Assembly: GCA_965112155.1 (NCBI GenBank)
Contig: OZ218098.1
Length of the DNA: 64,000 bases
Origin: Podarcis liolepis
Lineage: Eukaryota
Direction: 5' to 3' (one strand)
Numbering within the stretch: the stretch's first letter is position 1; every line of letters starts with the position of its first letter. Below the pieces are notes generated by a model. It saw only the letters and a list, made by a program, of their open reading frames with translations. It was not told the DNA's origin and searched no databases. Below, piece after piece: positions 54,001 to 60,000 of the stretch. A program made the translations under genes and the position numbers.

Positions 54001-57000
54001 ACAGCTGGGGTCCTGAGGGAAAGGAAGCAGACCTGGCAAGATTAAGTAAGAATATTCCCAGATCTGCAGAGATCCGCTTACAGAAGTGTGGGTGTCTACA
54101 AAGGACTCTGCTGGGATTAGAAAGCACTGGGATCTTTGTACAAAACCACAGGCCTTTCTCTTTACTTCAGTAAATAAGTTTCTTGTTAAATTTATTTTGC
54201 TTCTCTGTTGCTCATCTTCACCCTTGCACGACTACCCTTCTAAGAGGCCACTAGCAGAAAGGGACACGTCCTTGTGGGAGATAGTGCTGACAAGGTCAAA
54301 CTATACTTCCGTGGGAAACTCTCTTTGCCTTGGAACCATGCCCCATAACTGAAACGCTATCTTCCACCTATCTGTCTCCTCTACCATACAAATTCCTGAC
54401 GCTATGCTGTTCATATGTAAGGTGAAACGTAGGTTCTTATTATCATACAGCTGCAATGTTTTAAAGCTCATAGCCATGTCCACTGTTTGTGTAGACCTTT
54501 TCTCTGGCTAAAGCACCTTCCCCTACAGGCATGGATATAGACCTTTAAAGTTTACTCTGTGCGATCTTTTGCATGTCTATTCAAAAGCAAGCCCCACTGA
54601 GTGCAATGAGACTCGGCCTGTCAACACATTACCAGTTTAAAACAAAGCCAGATCGTTCTTTTTCTCAATTCAGAAATTAGGTGGCTTGGAGGAAAGAACT
54701 TCAAAATGCAGCATTTTGTGACATGTCTATACCATTTCCCAAAACAGCAGTGGGAGCACGCTGGGTGCAGAGTAAACAGGAGTGTGTGCTGGTCTTACTC
54801 TCAGGTAAGTAAGAACAGGATTGCAAATAATCCTATACTAACAGTTCTTTTGTCAGGATGAGGTTTAGTATTTTTAGCCTGTCTAGTTTGAGCCCTGGAA
54901 ATATTCACATTTTTATCACTAGAATACAGTCCTTAATACAGCTGGGGTGGGGGGAATCTGCATAATAAGAAATAAAAGGGAATTTTCATTTTGCCGATAA
55001 GAATAGTTCGCTTTCCCAGTGCATGTATTATCAGCAGTATTTAATACAATAGAGCAAAGTCTGCTTGCATTTATACACACAGACACACCACCTCAGAATA
55101 AATGTGGCATATATGCCATAGCCCCACTATGGGTGACATTTCTAAACACTTTTTTTGGGGGGACACACAAACCCAATCTTACGAATTAAAAGTAGCACTG
55201 CGTGGGAAAGGCTGGACTTGATTGTTTCTATTTGCAGACATTTTTCTTTTTATCATGCGGGAGCACTGAAAAGTGATACCCCAACCCCAGCCCCAGTAGT
55301 AGGAAATGCTATTATGTCCTCCCAAAGGTGTCTCAGTAGGAGACACCTCTTTTGTTTCTCTTTTGTTTCCCACTCCACATACTTATACACCTGTCATTGG
55401 AATATGCCCAAGGCCCACTGCTCAATAAGCTACGGCTCTGGAAATCTGGCTTTCTACACCTATAGCATGGATGGAGCACCTGTGGCACTCTGGATGTTGT
55501 TGGACTCCAAGTGTGAGCAGAATGGCAGAGCCATGATGGGTTCTCCCACCACTATAGCTGCACCACACTGACCTCACTGCTGCCTCTCCCCTCTCCCAGT
55601 AAGCACAGCTACACAGCTGACGCAAGGCCAGGTGTGTGGCGCTGCCCTTCCCCTCAGGACCCCTCCTGTTGAACATACATAGCAAGGTCATAGCTGGACC
55701 AGCTCTAAGTTACATAATATGGTTTCTGGACGTCAGGAACCTTCCAGTGCCTCACCTACCAGTCTTGGCAAATACATAGCCCAGCTAATTTTTAAAAAGA
55801 ATGAAGGGAATAATTACGTCTTCATCTCTTTCCAACTCAAGACCGGCCTGCATAAGGTTGTTTTCATACTCTTCTCTGCGGACTCTCTTGTCATCTTCAT
55901 AGTAATCCATGTGGGGCTCACTGTCGTGCATATTAACCTGCCCTGCTTTCCCAGGAAGCGGCTGGTCCTGTTTGAGGCTCCGAGGCCCCAGGTCATTGAA
56001 ATGGATCCGCCTGGTGAGCGTTCTGCTGAAGGAGGACTTCTTGTAGTGGTAAACCAGGATATAATCCACTTTCCTTTTCCCGTCTCTGAAATAAAGTCCA
56101 TACTTGCAGTTGGCATCAGGATCTTGCGAGAATGAATTCAATAACTGCAATGAAAGGAAAGGAAATGTGTTCAATCATCTCTTTGACTAAGCATTAAAAT
56201 AATCAAGTATTAAGTATTTCTTTTCAGCCACAGCAGAAATAGCCTGTGCTATCAGATTATGAATATACTCAACAAAATGTTACAAGTTAATACGTTTGCT
56301 GGTTGATTAGTCAATAAGTTCAGTTATCAGATATATATGTGTGCATGTATGTGTTTTCTTGTAACCTATGCTAGCACTGCCTTTTGCAGTACAGTGGGCT
56401 TAAAATATGTTAAATGGATTGATAAAATAAGCAACTTTTTAAATATATATTTGTACCCCAGCTTTATTATGTGATGAATCCCAAGGCAGCCTACCATGTG
56501 TCTTCCTGGTGGTCACCTATCTAGGCAGTGACCAGCCCCAAGTTTGATAAGGCTGCCTAAGAATCTTGGGAGCTGTACTTTGATCAGAGTGCTGGGAACT
56601 GTAGCTCTGAGAGGGGGAAACTACAGGTCACGTGATCCTGGAGCTCTTAAACAGCGCATGTGTAGCCTAAGCCTCAGCAAGATGGTGGCTTCATGTGCCT
56701 TCAGGCTATATCTTGGGTGCAACTCAAGATAATTCAGACATTCAATCTGAGGTAAGTGATCAACACAAAGTGACTTGCCTCTTCAGCTTTGCACAGTGAA
56801 CTGGATGTGAACTCATCCTCATGGGGCCAGATCTCAATTTACTACATCCTAACCTTCATAATCTGACCTTTCCAACTCAGAAATACTTGTGTAGATCAAC
56901 TTTAATTTCATCACCAGTTTTATCCTTCAACCAGTTTGCGAGTTCTCTAACTTTTTGTGCTTTAAACCCAGCTGAGATCCTTTGCCCTTCTCCACTGAAG

Positions 57001-60000
57001 GCATCTGTGTTTTACTACTGACAAACAGATTAATAATATGCTCAAACATTTGTCACTTCTCTGCATCATGTGAAAAAGAGATCATTTTTAACAGAGATTG
57101 AAAGGAGCCAGCTGGTCATATAGCTCAGCCAAAAAGGCCAGTGGACCACAGCCAGGGTTCAGTTTTTTCATTCATTACTCTTTCTCATGGAAAATTAAAA
57201 TGGAAATGCATTTACCAGTCCTGCCCCCTGCAACTCCATGATAACAAAATATGGATATTGCAATTAAAACTTGCATTGTTAAATGAAATTCCTGAAAGAT
57301 GTCTCTCCAGATGAAAAGGTAACATTTGGTTGTGCATATTCCATTAAAAGCAATGTGGTACAGATAAACTACGCTTACATTCAGATGAGCATTTGGCTGT
57401 ACATCTTAATTACATGTTGTACTTTAAGAAGGCACTGCCTCCATTGCAATCTAAAGGCTCTTTTAGGTGGAAGGAGAAATTAGGCTTGAAAGGTAATTCC
57501 TTCCATTCCACGCCATTCCAGGGGGGCTTTGATAATGCTTGACTGCTGTTCTTCCTTGCTTTGAGAAGAAAAATAGATGTTATCTTATATGGTCTTGTTT
57601 TGTGCAAGGGGACATGTGCAAACTCTGCTTTTGAAAAAGACTCTCTGTCCAACCATAGACCACTTCCAACGTTGCCTCTAATGGTGTGCTAACTTCTACA
57701 GCATGGTAGCTCCTTGTGCCAGTCTGTAATGTTCGAAGGAAGCAATTATTATGTGAGGAGAATCCATTCTGTGGCTCCTTCCCCATGGCACTGCTCATTT
57801 AGTTACAAGGATAGGGAATTATTGCACAGAATGACCGCTCCCCACATTAAATGGGGGGCGCCCTTTGAGTGGTCACACGCAGCCCCCTGGACCCTACACG
57901 GCACCATTAACACAGGCTTGGCTTCGCCTTCCCCAGGTGGGATACCTGGAGGTCTCCGCTGACCACAGCGAGTTGCCCAATCCCGCCTGGGGAGGCGTTG
58001 ACAAGGTGATCAGGCCAGGTAGGGGGAGGGACCACCTGCCCACACAATAGGGGGAGGATCCTACCTGGGAATTGTCGGTTGGCTCCAGAGCTTCTCCCAC
58101 CCTACCCACCCTCAGTTAAGACTTCTTTTGCATGTTAACCTTTTCTCCACAGGTACGCGGGTGCTGCTACGTCAAGGGTGCTATTGAAGGGCCGGAAAGG
58201 AATTCTCCTGCATTGGCAGGTTTGCCTTTCCCGTAGCAAAACGTCACAACTTTGGTGGTATCAGGCCTTGGGCGGAATCCTTTAGTCCAGTGTTTCCCAA
58301 CCTTGGGCCTCCAGCTGTTTTTGGACTACAACTCCCATCATCCCTAGCTAGCAAGACCAGTGGTCAGGGATGATGGGAATTGTAGTTCAAAAACAGTTGG
58401 AGTCTATCTTTCCTAAATGGGGGTGGGCGTGTAGCGGTGACCCACGCCCCCCTCCTCTTTGTGGCGGCAATACCAGGGTTCCCCGTTAAAGGGGTTTTGA
58501 GGGGAGGCTTTGGCCATACACCTAGAGGTTGCCATTGCTCTCCCCTGCGACGGCGACATACCGGGGTGGGCTCTCTCTGCTTGAACATATGTTCTCCAGA
58601 GCCAGCCCATCCCCCCCCATTAGATAACCCTGATGTTCCCCAGATCCCCGGCAGGGGACTGGGAGGGATAAATGCCCAATGCCTGAGCCAAGGTCTACCC
58701 ATATCTGAAGCATAATAAGTTGTGGCCAATTTTAATCCCATAGCACGTTGTCTTGAGTCTTTATTCCACATGGGGGCTGCCCAGGGTTTGGGGGACTGTC
58801 CACGCAAAGGAACTGTGGCATGGACTCCTCCCATCACTTTGGACAAGGCTAGTGCAATGAGGCATGCAGCTTTTCCCATGCCACTAAAGGGAATGTCAGC
58901 CTCGGACAGCCAAGGGCAGATGTTGTTGTATCATCCAAAGATCTCAAGGCAGTTCACAGGATAAAAATGTTGTTGTACTGTATACTTGAAACATTAGCGC
59001 CACACTCTTACTAATTAAGTGCAAATCCTAAAGCAGAAGAGGCAGACCCAAGATTAAGTGCAGATGCACTGATAATTCAGTTCCAGCTGTTTTAAATAAC
59101 ATATAAGCTTGTTGTTTTGGTCCCTTCAAACAACCACCAGCAGGCAGGCCAGTGGGGACACACCTGTTCTTTGAAAGGAGTATAGCACTTAGTGCTTCAG
59201 CCATTCCCAGGCTAAGTTAGCAGATGCTAGCTGTGCCTCAAACACAGTTTTCCAGCTGGGTAAAGTTGACACCTTAAGACCACCAGAACAGAACAAAGGA
59301 ACTAGAATGCAAGATGTATTTGTATGGCTTGGGTGGTAAAGACAATACGGATGTTCCAGATCAGGATCTTCATGTATTACACCCACTTTTTCTTAATTAA
59401 ACAAAGTACTCAGAATTATTCCTTTATTAGGCTGTAAGAGGAAAGAAAGTCATTGATGCTTCCAAGTTTGCATGTGTGGTCTCTCTCAAGAGACCACTTT
59501 TATATAAATTTGGCTGTAGTATAAAAAACAGATGCTTCCTTTTGAGAAAGAAAAAACATATTTTTGCGCCATTTCTCAAAGATGTCTTGGCCTCCTGATC
59601 TGCAAAGTGTTTTGTTCAAGAGCTTTTAATAAATTCTAGTCTTAGCTGAAGTGACTAAATGCTTTCATAATGTGGAGAGATGTAATTAGTTAAGTTTTAA
59701 AACTGTGCCAGGCTGCTGAAGAAGCATGAGAACTACATGAAAGGCCAGAAATGTTATAAAGAATTAAGTAAAAATAGATTGTTAATGGACCAAAGTGGAA
59801 AATTTAAGGTTAGAGTGTCTTAAGTTAAATTTTAGAACGAAAATTGAGAAAGATGGAAAGGACTTGCTGAAATAGCTAATTGAACTAGAATACAAAAAAG
59901 GGAAGTGTGAGGAGGTTGATGAAACAAGTATATGAAAGGTAAAGACATGGAAAGGCTGGATGTGTTTTTAACTGTTTTTGTTCTGTTTTTTCATTGTTTT

